A stretch of 61,297 nt of DNA, counting the filler, from Catajapyx aquilonaris (taxonomy: Eukaryota): NCBI GenBank assembly GCA_000934665.2. It is 2 parts of 2 records of this genome, joined end to end, with 100 filler letters (N's around TTAATTAATTAA, not from the genome) between each part and the next. Parts side by side here need not be neighbours in the genome. Positions count along the whole stretch, not along the records: positions 1 to 30,477 come from KZ539185.1; 1 more part is not named here. One strand, written 5' to 3'. The notes beneath the pieces were generated by a model. It searched no databases and was not told where the DNA came from. It saw only the letters and a program-made list of their open reading frames with translations. Shown one piece after another: positions 1 to 12,866 of this stretch (positions within the stretch are counted from its first letter, which is position 1; the number at the start of each line of letters is the position of its first letter). Position numbers and translations under genes: made by a program.

Positions 1-962
1 TGCAAGTCTGCAATCTGCAGGCCGACTTGCAACCTGCAAGGGTGTTCGTTTTCGCTCCCTCCCGCAAACCGCAGGTAACCAAGGTAACGTAAACACTCTT
101 GCGGCTGCAACTTTCCAGGCGGGCGTTCATTTTGCAGCCCTTATTCGACTATTCCTCTTCTGATAGTCCAAAAGACAGCACAACATATTTTGCCTTGTTT
201 CCCGAAAAGTAAATCAGAGTATCTACTTGATCATGACATGCTCAGGTTGACTGTGCAGCAAAAATTCAGTCTATATGTATAAAAGAAACCTCCAGCAATT
301 CCTCCATTCCCGCCGCGTTGATACTATCGATTTAACATTCCATAATCGTTAGAGAAACCACGGGAGAAACGTCACAAATACGTCACAGTGGGGAGGGGAG
401 GGGAGGAGGTGTCGGACTGACGTAACACGAAACCCACAGCCCGCCCACAGCGTTTGGGCAAGGTTTGGGCAAGACGCAAGAGTAGTATAATTTACTTTCA
501 ACTTTCAACTACACTTGGCTTGGGGCATTGTCAGCGAAACTATGGCAGATATCACACGGTAAGCACCGTTGCCTGCACGTAGGACAGGGTGGTAGTTTGC
601 CGTGCACCTGTTGGACCTTTGCCTAATTAAGATTGCACATGATTTCAGGCCAAAACTTTGCTGGACTTAGTAAGCCTGGTGCAGCTGAAGGCCCTCGATG
701 ATGGAGAGACCTCCTCTACATCACGCTGCTTACCATGGCCAAGGGAAGGGGTTGTACCTGCTACTGAAAGGGGCTGACAGGAAGTATCTGGCAAGCAAGG
801 GACATCATGCAGTTCAGTTGGCAGACACAAATGGATAGCCCAAAGTATAGCAGACATCAAAAGGGCATGGAAATGTACTGAAAAGAGAAAGGTTGCCATG
901 TGAGAAAATCAGTGTCTCTCTTAGGTCACACAAATTTGGTACAAATTAGGTTTATCTTAACT

Positions 963-1003
963 TCCTGAGACCAAATGTCCATTTAAATGGACATTCAAAA
1001 AAA
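963..1003 (+). repeat. Short dispersed repeat: 22-bp palindrome plus A-tail (probable 5'-truncated retroposon tail)
   Basis: cctgagaccaAATGTCCATTTAAATGGACATT followed by an A-run; the same ~35 nt occurs inverted at ~38337-38374. Confidence 0.55.
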
Positions 1004-1194
1004 ATAATATATTTTGCAAAATGGAGTGTAACTTTTCTTTGTGTACCTGTACCTCTATATAAGGAAGTGTGCTTTGACCTACAGTTCTGTAAGGTACCAT
1101 GCTAGGAGGTAAGAAGGGAAGGAGCAAGCCCCATGCCTGAATTTTGACCCAGGAAAATAATTTCATAGTTATCTTTAATTGTCTTCTGAGAGGA

Positions 1195-1527
1195 TTTTTT
1201 TTTTTTTTATTGATACCCCGTGCTCGAGCCTGAGGCTCGTTTAGGGGGGTGGGCTACCACCATCTGTGGTGAAACTAGTATACTGAAAGTATTTAGTGTG
1301 TTTCACGGGTCGTTAGGAGGGGATGTGCAAAGTGCATGTGCGCTGTCGTTAATTGGTCATTTTGTGAACTCCCCCGGGTGGCTTAGTCTATCGAAAATTG
1401 CCACCCGAAACGAAGCCAGAGATGGCCCAACTCTGCACGAAAGAAGGTGGGAACCCCGGGTGGGGATCGAACCCGGGACCTTAACTTCCGTGGGCGCGCG
1501 CGTTACCGCGGCGCCACTCCGTCTCCC
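1195..1527 (-). mobile_element. tRNA-Arg(ACG)-like SINE, poly(A)-tailed variant
   Basis: Minus strand begins GGGAGACGGAGTGGCGCCGCGGTAACGCG...CCACGGA...GGTTCGATCCCC (A box, B box, resembles tRNA-Arg ACG); T-run at ~1195-1208 is the tail; head and body shared with four other copies in the window. Confidence 0.85.
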
Positions 1528-1896
1528 TTCAATTATTTCTGAGAGGAATTGCTATTATGAATTCCACAAATGAATGTACCAAACATTGTGTGGAGGATAG
1601 AGCACTATGTCAGTGATCCAATGAGTGGCATTTAACTTTTCAGCATTCATCTGTTTTGATTTTGTGGCACCAGTGAGTCCTAATGACCTCATTTGAGGAC
1701 ATTGTTTTTTTGTCATTAATTTGATCAATATTAGACCTATAATTTTTTTCTGATTTCTTATTGACAAAATGTTCAGCAAATGCAACAGGAACTTACATTG
1801 TGTTACAAAATGTTTCTCAGGTCTCAGGAGGTTAATTGACGTGTTTATTTGTATTTAAAGCAGGTCCATGTCACTTCCCCCCAAGTTGTATGGATA

Positions 1897-2112
1897 CGGT
1901 AGTTTAACGCCTGTGTCTCCACCAGGCTGGGAATTTGGCGCTGGCAGCACTACATTGTTCGCTATCCGCCATCTTTTTCAAGGTGCACTCTAGTGGTAAG
2001 TCTGGGGAAGGAAAGAAAGATCGAGCCAATCGTGGCTACCTACCACAGGAGCTGCACCTTGAACGAGATGGCGTCTTAGCTAACGATGGGACACAGTTAT
2101 TACACTACCGTA
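1897..2112. mobile_element. Degenerate MITE
   Basis: Imperfect terminal inverted repeats atacggtagtttaacgcctgtgtctcc / gggacacagttattacactaccgtat. Confidence 0.5.
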
Positions 2113-2690
2113 TTCAAGGAGTGTCATAGGGCTGATTTAAAGTATGGGCCATTGATGATTGATATTTATGAAAACGTGATAAAGTTGTCTCATGGTATTT
2201 ATTTTCATTAAAATGATGAATAATTATCATCATCATCATAATTCCTCATGCTTATGGTGGAAGGTTATAGCAAAATAACTTATGTCAGTATTTATTAATC
2301 TTCGTGAAAGTGTTATATGTGTAATAAATTAGGTCTTGAAGGCCTTACGGTCAATCCAGGTCCAGGATATTTTTGACCCATTTTCCAGCCTTCTTGTATT
2401 TTTAATGTGTTCTGGAGAGACCACTTATTAACCACATTTGTCATTGCACCATCTGACCAGTTCCTGTTCTGCCACTTCTGGGTTTGCCAGGTGGCCTGGG
2501 TGCCAGGTACATTCTTCAGCGAATGTAAACAAATGCACACGAGTGGTTCGTTGGAGCAGCTTCTTTAAGCTGCATATACGCGCTGTTCCTCATCAGAGAT
2601 GCGAGTTACATACAAATCTGACTTGTGGACATTTGCAGGAATGTTACCCCATTTGTAGGCTGAGGACTACCTGTATTTACATCCTAATAT

Positions 2691-2886
2691 AGGCAGACCA
2701 CTGTAACTTGCCATTGATGTCATCGTTTTGTTTTCCAACTCCTAGACTAGACAATGAAATTCTGCCGAACGCACCCCTGGAACCTTCTACTTTTTACTTG
2801 CAAAGTGAGATGTTCCAAGGGGCAGAATTTTGTTGCCTAAGAGTTGGTAAACAATGACGTCAATGGCAAGTTAGGGTGGTCTGCCT
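2691..2886. mobile_element. MITE with ATAT flanks (possibly Sola-like)
   Basis: TIRs aggcagaccactgtaacttgccattga / tcaatggcaagttagggtggtctgcct; ATAT on both sides. Confidence 0.75.
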
Positions 2887-3161
2887 ATATGTACATATTC
2901 TGTCCAGGAGTTCCATGACTTCCATCATATGAATGAGATATGTCAGGGGTCAAAGAGACCAAGGTGCAATTGGCACTCCAAAATTGTTATCTGCTCTCCA
3001 AACTGAGCCTTGGAGTGCAAATTTACATGAGTTGGTCCTGCTTTTTAACATGGCTAAACCCAGTAATTAAAATATTAAGCATTCGCAAGTAATTTGCACT
3101 TCAGATGAAAGTCAGAACTTTGTACCTAGTAGACAAAAAATGTAAAATGTATAATATGGAT

Positions 3162-4050
3162 GCGAGGAGGCATGGTGGTCTGGTGGTTACGCCACTGGCC
3201 AGCGAAGCGGGAGGCCTGGGTTCAGATTAGTGCTTCAACATCTATCGGATTCCCGGACTGTCCAGTATCCGGATATCCGAGCCTGTTTCGGATCCCTCTT
3301 CCCAGCTCCGCACTATCCGGATAGTGTCGGACGGTCCGGATAGTTTCGGATCCGGTCCGAGACACTTTGTACCCATCGGGATCTGAGGATCCGGATCGAA
3401 CTTTTGTTGTGAGAAATGAGCATATTTTATTTGCATAATTAAAATACTGTGTAACATGTCGCCGGTTAGAGGTCACAGTTCTCAATCCCGGGCTTCTCTT
3501 TTTTTTTTCACGTGTGGGCTTAGGATTGTAGGGTTTATTTCTATGAAATAAGTCAAATAAATTCGATTACGTCTAGGTAACACTGCACTTTCTTTCACCG
3601 GTACTCTGGAAGCTATAATAGTCTTCATTTCATAATGTATGTTGTGAATGTAAATGAAATAATTGACATTTCTCTAACTAAAGAAGAGACTGTTCATGTA
3701 TGAACTCTTTTTATTACCCTACACCCACGATACCGAACCCAAGATCCGGATAGTTACAAAGTTTCGGATCTGAAACCCAGACTACCCGGACCGGATCCGA
3801 AACTCGGACTATCCGGATAGTCCGAAAACCGGACTATCCGGACCGTCCGACAGTATCCGGATAGTGCGGATCTGGGAAGAGGGTTCGGATTCAGGTTCGG
3901 ATATCCGGATACCGGACAGTCCGGATATGTAGAAGCACTAGTTCAGATCCCTTCCCTGTTACCTCTGCTTGGCCGGGTCTTTTTCCGCTTTTCACCCAAC
4001 ATGCCAGGGCAGAATTGCATACCCTACTCTGCCCAGGGCCAGGAGAAAAT
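3162..4050 (+). mobile_element. tRNA-derived SINE split at its B box by a hAT MITE
   Basis: Head ggcatggtggtctggtggttac...gaggcctgggttcagat continues as ccc... after 3948; right boundary approximate. Confidence 0.55.
3228..3940. mobile_element. hAT-type MITE
   Basis: TIRs tagtgcttcaacat / atgtagaagcacta; perfect 8-bp TSD GTTCAGAT (3220-3227, 3941-3948); subterminal arrays of CCGGAT/ATCCGG motifs in inverted orientation. Confidence 0.9.
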
Positions 4051-4386
4051 GTCTGGTGTATTTCAGAAAGTCAGAAATGACTATAATTACAGTGCCGTCC
4101 CTTGGGAACCTCCCTCTTCCCCCCTAAAACGTAAATATCACACGCTTAGTCAGCATATTCAGACAGAAAAACGGGCCTTGTTTATGACTTGATTAACAAG
4201 TTAAATCACGTTTAACCCTGGAACCGTGCCGTGGGGTCTTTTTGGAACCCAAAGAAATTAAAATGCATTAAAATTACAATTACAGTGAACTGTTTGCCAT
4301 TTAAAAAAAGTACGTATATAACAGGAAGTGCATGATTATTTTGAATTAGTGATCATTTTAGGCATTGTTCAAAGAATGATTGTACA

Positions 4387-6426
4387 TCTAATATATATTT
4401 CAAGACGTATGTCCCTTGGTGTGACCTAAACAGATCCATACGAAGGCCTCCACATATGCCCCAGGGGTATCACTAGGGGTAGTTTTTGGCTGGGAAGGTT
4501 CTTAGCGCATTGGAATTCACCTCCGAGGTCATCCTTGGCCACAGGAGGCGAAAAGAACTTTCGGAGTTTGGCACCCTGTTCTAATAATCTGCATTTTGGT
4601 ATCAACAATCTTTGCTCAGTTGTCCGGGTTACAATGCCGGAGGGGTCAACATCGCCCCCCCCCTCCTCCCCCCTGCTGCCACTCCNCCTGCCACCATCCC
4701 CCCCGTCATTAAACTTTCGACATTTCATTTTATACAAACACATTTTTAAAAAATACCTTTGCCACGGCAACAGCGTTCCGTCGAAATAAACGGGGGTTTT
4801 GTCCCTGCACCCTACCTGTGTGCATTATCAATATCATCATCCCACCCACTTTAAGATGGGCCAAACAAAAAAGGTAGTAGCATTGGCAGATGAAGCTCAT
4901 CAGATACACGCAGAGTTCGGCAAAGGAGGGACCGGGAGACTGAGGAATAGAACACCATCAGGCACGTTTGAGTGCTAAAGCTACCAGCTATTCGAGAAAA
5001 AGAGAGCAGGAGAGTGAGGTGGAACGTCAGGCCCGTCTCAGTGCTGATGTCGCCAGACACTCCGCCTGCAGACAAAATGAGTCTGCTGAATAAAACCAAG
5101 CCAGACTCCACTCTTTGAGAAACGCGGCCATCATCATCAGCCGGAGATTAGCTCCATTTTCATCAACCAGCCTCCTAAATGCCACTTTCCAACTACTCCA
5201 CAACAGACATGGACTATTCTTCTGTCGATGTTGTTGCAATTGGTTCTATGTCAGAGGTATGCCAACAATGTCAGGCAAAGAAGTGGAAGGGTGAAACAAA
5301 ATCGATCTGTTTCTCCAATGGAAGAAAGGTTAGCTTTCCTATACCTCTCCACAGCTACTTAAAATGCTCCTCTTAGGTACTATCGGGTTCAAATACTTTT
5401 GGCCACTTTATCCTGGTCTAGAAGCAACCCTTCACATACACACACCTCCTTAACGTCGGGCTGTGCGAAGGGTTGCTTCAAGACCAGGAGAAAGTGGCCA
5501 AAAGTATTTGAACCCAATAGTACGTACGTCACCTAATAATTCAGAACATTTCCTGAAGACCATCAGAAATTACAATTCGGCCTTCCAGATGACATCTTTT
5601 GGGGCCAACGTTGTTAGAGAAGGGGGCTTCATGCCTACATTCAAAGTGCAAGGGCAAATTTACCATCGCATGGGATCACTCCTTCCTTCAGAAAATCACA
5701 GTCCGCGGTTTCTGCAACTTTACTTCGTGGGGAACATGCAACAGCAGGCGGAATACCGTTGCACACGCCTCCACATCACACTGAAACTTCAGGAGATGAT
5801 CCATTCCACTCACACTTACGTCAAAAGCTTCAAGCTTGCACTTGAGAGTCCTCCTCCTCTGGAATTTGACTTGGTCATAGATACAGACAAGCGACCACAA
5901 GGTGAGCATCGTGGTCGATTCAATCGACCTTCTTGCAATGAGATTGCTGTCATCATGAGTGGTCAGGAGCATGGTAATAAGAGGGATATTGTGTTCAGCG
6001 AAGCTTCGAGGTAACACGCTTCATCTATGCAATTATGAACGTAATTGGCTATATACCAAATATTGCATGTGCATCAATCCAAACAACACACTATACGGAT
6101 GCCAGATTCTAAGCTCTGCTATGTTGGAGCTTCTATACATACATTTACTTCTACATTTACTGCACAACCTTCAATTTTTCACTACATACTTTTGCTGGAT
6201 TTTGAAGGTGTATTGTGTATTTTCTTACAATCCGACATCCGCAGTGCGTTGTTATGACTTCATGCACATGCATGTTACAGGCTCCATGTTACAGGTATGC
6301 CAACATGGTATAGCCATAATTATTACAAAGGTAACTACCAAATCAATAATAAAGTAATATAAGTAATATAAGTCACTCCTATGGAAAAGTCTTTCATAAC
6401 CCGAGTAACGCCGGGTATCCTGCTAG
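4387..6426 (+). mobile_element. Internally deleted Helitron with Rep/helicase N-terminal remnant
   Basis: 5' TC after an A; 3' hairpin cccgagtaacgccggg plus CTAG before a T; no TSD; broken ORFs IGSMSEVCQQCQAKKWKGE and HFLKTIRNYNSAFQMTSFGA...TFKVQGQIYHRMGSLLP typical of Helitron proteins. Confidence 0.9.
5380..5520. mobile_element. TA-flanked MITE inserted in the Helitron ORF
   Basis: TIRs ctatcgggttcaaatacttttggccacttt / aaagtggccaaaagtatttgaacccaatag with TA on both sides. Confidence 0.85.
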
Positions 6427-6671
6427 TAGTCAATACGTTGAAAAGTATTATATAAAAATTGATAAAAATTAAAATATGGCGTGGGGTCCTAAAAGACCCC
6501 ATGGCACGGTTCCCGTAACTTTCAGGCACGGCACGGTTCCAGGGTTAAATAGTGGTTGAGCCGCTCAGGAGAGGTCATCATCATCATCATCATCTTCATG
6601 GCGTTTCCCAAACAGATATGGGGTTGCCAGTGGATATCCAGGAAGAGGTCCTCAATATCCTCGTATGACCA

Positions 6672-6681
6672 AAAACAACAA

Positions 6682-6717
<36 letters not shown>

Positions 6718-6722
6718 AAAAC
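6672..6722. repeat. (CAA)n microsatellite; (CAT)n at 6576-6593
   Basis: Read directly from the sequence. Confidence 0.9.
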
Positions 6723-8468
6723 AAATCTGAAGCCTGGTCAGGTACTCGCAGATAATTTTTAAAAAAAGAAAAAGAAAGGGGGGATAAAATAGATTGCCGA
6801 CAGGACAGGCTGTGCTGGGATGTTGACTTCGGCGGTGTCCCAGGTGACGTCCCCCAACAAAGGACGGGCAAGGCTCACCAACACAAGGATCACCAGACCG
6901 AAACCCGTCGCCGTGCATAGGACGGGCAGCAAAACCTACAGGCTTCCGGATGGACCGCCTTCTACTTGCTGAACGTACATTCTATACTACTGTACATTCT
7001 ACGAGTACATTATACTGTATCGTAATCCAGGAGAAGTAACTCAGAAAATAGGCTAGTAAGACTGGTGACATGGTTTGATGTGGAACTAGGTCATGAAAGA
7101 CATGCTGAAGCATGCACTGAAAAACTACCAGACAACCCTCACATAGGATGTACAGGAAAAATACCTACTGGTACAGTTACAGACAATCTAGAGCCAAAAA
7201 CAGAGTATTGGGTGAAACTCAGACTGCTTTTAGAGTCCGGAGAGGATGTCTGAATAACATTTGTGCTAATAAATGTTACCATTAAAAGTTAAGTATCGTG
7301 ACTCAATGGCAATAAGTTATATTTTTCGGTTCGCCATATTTATTGCTAAATGTCCCCAACTACCATCCATGCAAAATAGATATTTAAGTTGTTGCCATCC
7401 CCTGGATAAAATTCACTGGAGATTTGCAACACTGCACTGTATTGATTCTTAATTGGTTTTCAGAAGATATTGGCTTTATGTAAAATAAACTGAATTAAGT
7501 TGTTCACTAATACTTATTATATCATCGATATTTGGTTCTGGTGCATTATTTATTTTTCTATTTTACCTGTTCTTTACAAAATAATAATTATGTGTACGAG
7601 TGTTCTAGCTTTCTGTAAAGAGCCACTTGGCCCATCATGGCGCTAATGAAAATTATATAACTTATAGTGAGAGACTTCTGGACATGTAAATTGCGATAAC
7701 TTTCAGTAAATGTCACCTATACGCGTATAGGCATCCTTCTGTGCATCCTCATAGTATAAAACTGCATGTGACTCTTGTGACTACATTGTCGGACCCACAG
7801 AATTAGAAGGTATACCGGTACTCTTGTATATACAGTACTTTTGCAGCGGATCTTGTGTTTCGGTATGTTCAATATGGGATATAAAACAAACTGAGGTCAA
7901 CTGATAAAATTCGAGCCCTTTCGCTACTTCCCTGAGTCCTCTGCTCCACGTCCCCGTCATCCACCAAAAACACCTACACCGCTACACGTGGGATCATGGC
8001 GACTCCAATATTATTTATTAACAATGTTTTTGCTTGTTTATACTTTCACGTTATTCTCTGCTCGAATTTTTCTCTTCATTTTTGTCTATGTTCAATGGCT
8101 CGACCACATCTGACTACTATATTTACCATTGCATATTATACTGTATCGTGTACTGTATAAAGGGGACGAAAAAAGGGGGACCAAATGGTTTTAGAATTGG
8201 CCGCCTGATGTCGCTTTTGGCTATCACACTGCAGTCAGCGCCTGTGGTCAGCGCTATCTAACAGTCTTATTGAAAAGTTGTTGTTGGCAGCAATCAGGTA
8301 TGCGGTTTTGTTGGCTTACTTGGTCATTGGTCTTTACTCTTTAGCACAAAGCAGGAGGCTCCGGTGACTCGGTGAGAACCAAGAAGACGAAGGACTACGG
8401 CAAGAGCAACCACCTGCTGCTGGTGAATGGTGACCTAGTGATCGAGCTCGTACAGCTTGGGTTTCGAA

Positions 8469-11400
8469 ATGGTACTCAGGATAGCTCCAGAACCGCCGAG
8501 AGACGACTCTGATTGCCATTTCTCAGGGGACGAAGGTACATTTAAGGGTACATTGCTCTGAATTGATATCGCGCGAGCAAGTTGTGATTACATTGTGACC
8601 TGTTGGAAGAGCTGGGATTACCAGCTGTTAAGTTTAACCATTCAGGTTGCACTCCAGAAAGCATTCTTTAATTACAATACTATAAGGGAGGGTTGACTTA
8701 ATTATAACTTATCCATATGATTAGGTTTGGCAGAAGCAGGACCCATTGGAGTAGTGGTGGGCTCCAGTGATGATGAGGCAGAAACGGACTCAAATGTGGA
8801 TTATGGTGGTTATCAGCTACTACCACAGTCTTCAGTAGAACAGCTGGCAGAAGAAGGAACTGGTGATGATGAAGCTCCACCACAGGCACAAGGTGTTTCA
8901 GAAACACAGCTAGTAGGTCTTACAGTATTTTCTGAGTACTTTTCTATGCGAGGCAATCTGTATAAGAGATTGCATTGTTCTTTGTTGTGTTTGGAACCTT
9001 TTCAAGATCATCATGTCAGGCATCACCTATCAGGAAGTAACACATTGGAATTGGTACATGGGTCAATAGTGAAATAATGAAGAATTTCAGTTTAAAAATT
9101 TAAAAATAATAATGCCTTCAGAATATTTTTTAAAATTTTTTTCCACTAATAGTCTATAACAGCTGAGATCGTGGACTAGAATTGAATTATTGTGGAAATC
9201 AAAACCATGCTATGTTGCATTTTCAGGATTAACGAAACTCACCCTTATTGAACGAAGCCTATAATAATGAAAATACAGATCGCACATGCATGATTTTGGT
9301 ATGCACAGGAAGATTTGACAAAACTGTCGACATACCAGGTGGTACGACTCCCTTGAGTTGAGTGACGACTTTGTGTAAACGACAGTTGGACCCCCCTGCA
9401 GAGGCTGCAAAAAACATAGTGTGGGTTTGATTTCCACACAATCGTGGAACGTAAAACCACACTATGTCAAGCGAAAATCAAATTTATGATGCACGTAACT
9501 CGCAATTATGCTTCGAAGAATAGAGTGCGGGAAAAATAGTTCTGTCGAAATTGAACCCGTACCAGGTGGTTCGACACTGTTTGCTCGACCAGGAGCCATA
9601 CGGTAAGCAGTACCTCAAACAGTGTGCGATTTTACGTTCCATGGACTATCACGTGAAAGGGAATACGAGTGGACCAAGAGCACAGAATCTAGGTACCCTG
9701 GGTTCCTGATTCCCTCAGTCCAATAGCACATGAGTTGTTCTAAACACATAGAGGTGTGTTGCATATTAGGACAACCCAGTGTACCTAGATTCCGTTCGCT
9801 TCCTTGGCCCGCTCATATTCCCTTTCACATGATATTCCGTGGAATGTAAAACTGCGCTATGTTCGGGGTGAGTTGCAAGTGGGGCATGCAGTACTACTGC
9901 TCACCATACAGCTCCTGCTTGAGCGACAAGTGTCAAACCACCTGGTATGGGTTCAGTTTCCCCTGAACTATTTTTCCCGCACTTTATTCTGCTAATTGTA
10001 AATGCGAGTTAAGTGCATCATAAATTTGGTTTTACGTTCCACGAAAGTGTGGTAATCAAAACCATGCTGTTTTTTTCCGGCCTCTGAGGGGGGGAGTCCA
10101 ACTGTTCCTGGCCATTCAGTCATCTTTCAACTCAAGGGGGTCGTACCACATGGTATGTCGACAGTTTCGCCAAATCATTGCATGCATACCAATATCATGC
10201 ATGTGAATCTGTATTTTCGTTATAGGCTTCGTTCAATAAGGGTAAGTTTCGTTTATCCTGAAAATGCAATATAGCACGGTTTTGATTTTCACAATTCGTG
10301 ACTTTCCTGTTCAGAGCCCCCTAGCGGTTTCGACTCCCCACGGTCCCAAGATGGCGGCGAAATAGGTTGGAATCATATCTGAGCACCAGAGGCGACACTG
10401 TGGCAGTTTCTTTGGACCCCCTGCCCAACTTGTCTGATTTTCCGATTCCATGGCTTGTGGAAGGCAAGAACCAGACAAGTCAGCATGGATAAACAAATGC
10501 AGGGCTTCACACTCCCTTCGGGATGGATTCAGAAATGGAGCAGTGTCGCTGACCATGTAGGGGGTTAACCATCGCATCGGGGTGACCATGGAAATATGGG
10601 GATTCGCATATTGCTGCATCAAAGCCCATAACCGGATGGTCGGAACGTCTGCTGAACGGCGCGAAACTCTACTTCCCGGGCGTTCCCTGCCAAATCGTGA
10701 TGGGGGGGAGGGGACTTGCGACTCTTGCTATGGGGTTGCTGCGCATGTTGGCACAGTAGGCTACTAACCTTACTAACAGTGTACCCTGTTGCACCAACAT
10801 GCGGTGTCTCTCTTCCCAGTGAAGAATTATTATTGTGGATATTATTTATCCCAAAGGGAGTGTGAAGCCCTGCATTTGTTTATCCATGCTGACTTGTCTG
10901 GTTCTTGCCTTCCACGAGCCATGGAATCGGAAAATCAGACAAGTTGGGCAGGGGGTCCAAAGAAACAGCCACAGTGTTGCCTCTGGTGCTCAGATATGAT
11001 TCTAACCAATTCCAATGAGTTTGGATTCGTTGCATGCACCCCCCTTGCGAATTTGGTGCACCTACGACCATTCCTGTGGATTTTAGACAGGCTCAGTGCA
11101 ACAAGTACCTAAACGCCTTTTCATTTTCGATGTGACTTGTCTGGTTTTCCGATTCCATGGTTCAATTACTTTCTGATTCCCCCTCATAGTTTGCTGTTTT
11201 CATTACTTCTTCCTTTAGGCCTTGTTAACAAATAAACCAATTGTACTTGTTCCCAGATTGTTTATTAACAGTACTTGCAACTTTCAGGCAATTGAAAGGC
11301 ACGAGAAGAACTATGCAACTGAGATAGCCCCAATATGGCAGACCTGTCCTTGTAACAGTGGGGAAGAAGTAGCAACGATGGATTCTGACCAGGCAGAAAG

Positions 11401-11569
11401 AGTGAAGGCAGCCATGGAAGGGTTCACTTTACCTGCCTCTACTTTCCCTCCTTGGGCTCAGGAGGTATCTGAGGAAGTGTGGAAGGCACAGCTCATGGAC
11501 AGGATCCGAGGGAGAGGAGATGGGGGGATGGGAAGTGGAAGTGAACCAGACAACAGTGCTAGTAGGTAA
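8469..11569 (+). CDS. MEA1: Male-enhanced antigen 1 homologue, ~178 aa; exons 8469-8535, 8725-8912, 11288-11569
   Basis: GT-AG junctions join in phase (1, then 0); acidic N-half with GYQLLPQ; C-terminal MDSDQAERVKAAMEGFTLPASTFPPWAQEVSEEVW matches the recalled MEA1 motif [41 protein letters not shown] at ~11925. The first exon is the least certain part. Confidence 0.85.
9185..10298. mobile_element. Foldback non-autonomous DNA transposon in MEA1 intron 2
   Basis: ~400-bp imperfect inverted arms, e.g. gtggaaatcaaaaccatgctatgttgcattttcagga vs tcctgaaaatgcaatatagcacggttttgattttcac. Confidence 0.8.
10370..11002. repeat. Inverted repeat pair (~155-bp arms) in MEA1 intron 2
   Basis: 10370-10525 is the near-exact reverse complement of 10848-11002, so the same peptide appears in ORFs on both strands. 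Confidence 0.85.
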
Positions 11570-12056
11570 AAGTAAAATGGAAAGTGACTGATCTATTGAA
11601 TGCAAAGCATATTATTGAATTATAGCTACCCTGCATGTTTCATAATTTAGTTCACGTCTGTACCAACAGAAATGCTGTGCATGTACCACAATTCCTGTTG
11701 ACTCCCTGAGGGGAAATGTGGAAGGGAGGTAGTGGGGTTGAAAAGGTGTGTGTGTGTGCACATTTGATTCTTCTCATCTGCTAATATTTGCCAGGTGTCC
11801 TCCAGATCAGGAGTACCAACTTGACACAGCAGCATCTGTGATGCATCAACCAATGTGACTGTGAGCTAACTTATGAAACGCACAGTATATGAGAACATAA
11901 ATGTATTATTTGCTGTATAAACCTAATAAATGAGAGATCATATCATGTTAAGTGCAGTGCCACTGATGTAAGTGAATCGCCACCAGGAAGTGTATGAGAA
12001 AACAGGATTCTTTCACTGACTAGGAGTAAGACATCAGGGGACCTGATTTCTGTATA

Positions 12057-12413
12057 ATAATAATTATTATTATTATATATAATAATTGGTTGGGTAATGC
12101 TCTCACCCATCAGGGTTTATCGCATGGACCTTTATTATTAGCTGTTGGTGTACATGGTACCTATTTAGCGTATCGCCCGGGCCCACGGGCAGGATGACAG
12201 GAGGGGATGTGCAAGGTGCAGTGCATCTGACGCTGTGGCCATTTTCAGTGAACTCCCCCGGGTGGTTTAGTCTCTAGGAAATACCACCCGAGATGAAGCC
12301 AGAGGTGACCCTGAACTCTGCACGAGATAAAGGGGGTGTCCCCAGGCTGGGATCGAACCCGGGACCTTAACATCCGTGGGCGCATACGTTACCGCAGCAC
12401 CACTCTGCCTCCC
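12057..12413 (-). mobile_element. tRNA-Arg-like SINE with (ATT)n tail
   Basis: A/B boxes on the minus strand; approximate TSD ctgatttctgtata. Confidence 0.9.
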
Positions 12414-12866
12414 TCTGATTTCTGTATACTATTCTTGAAGCTCCTGCCCCAGGGAGCCTCCTCCTTGTGATTGCAATAATTCCCATTCCACAATTGAGGG
12501 GTGTGGTGAAAAAACGTGACAACCCACAAAGGTGTAATTTTTCAGGAGAGAGAATTGAAGTTTGCGTTCTCTTCACAAATTATAAGGAATGGGAGTTTTG
12601 ATCTAGTCCATGTTACCGTCTCGTGCATGATACGTGAAATTGGAGTATACCAAATTGTTTGTCATGTCTTTTACACCGTTGCTATATCCAAGTGAAATTA
12701 TTAGTGTTCCTCTCTCCCAAACAAGTGCTCTGCGACTGCAGTCAGTGCCGGATTAGCGATAAGGCCACACTTGGCTATGGCCTAGGGCGGCATACTTTGA
12801 AGGGCGGCAACGGGCAAGTTAAAAAAAAGGCAATATTATATAAATATATAGCAACGCAGCATTATA

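Larger units (their letters stand above)
4216..6544. mobile_element. piggyBac-type MITE (host of the Helitron)
   Basis: TTAA|CCCTGGAACCGTG ... CACGGTTCCAGGG|TTAA; second copy at 54296-54812. Confidence 0.9.

Noticed and set aside
500..900. Possible small spliced exons (gtaag at ~559, tttcag at ~648)
   Set aside because: All frames hit early stops and no recognisable protein results
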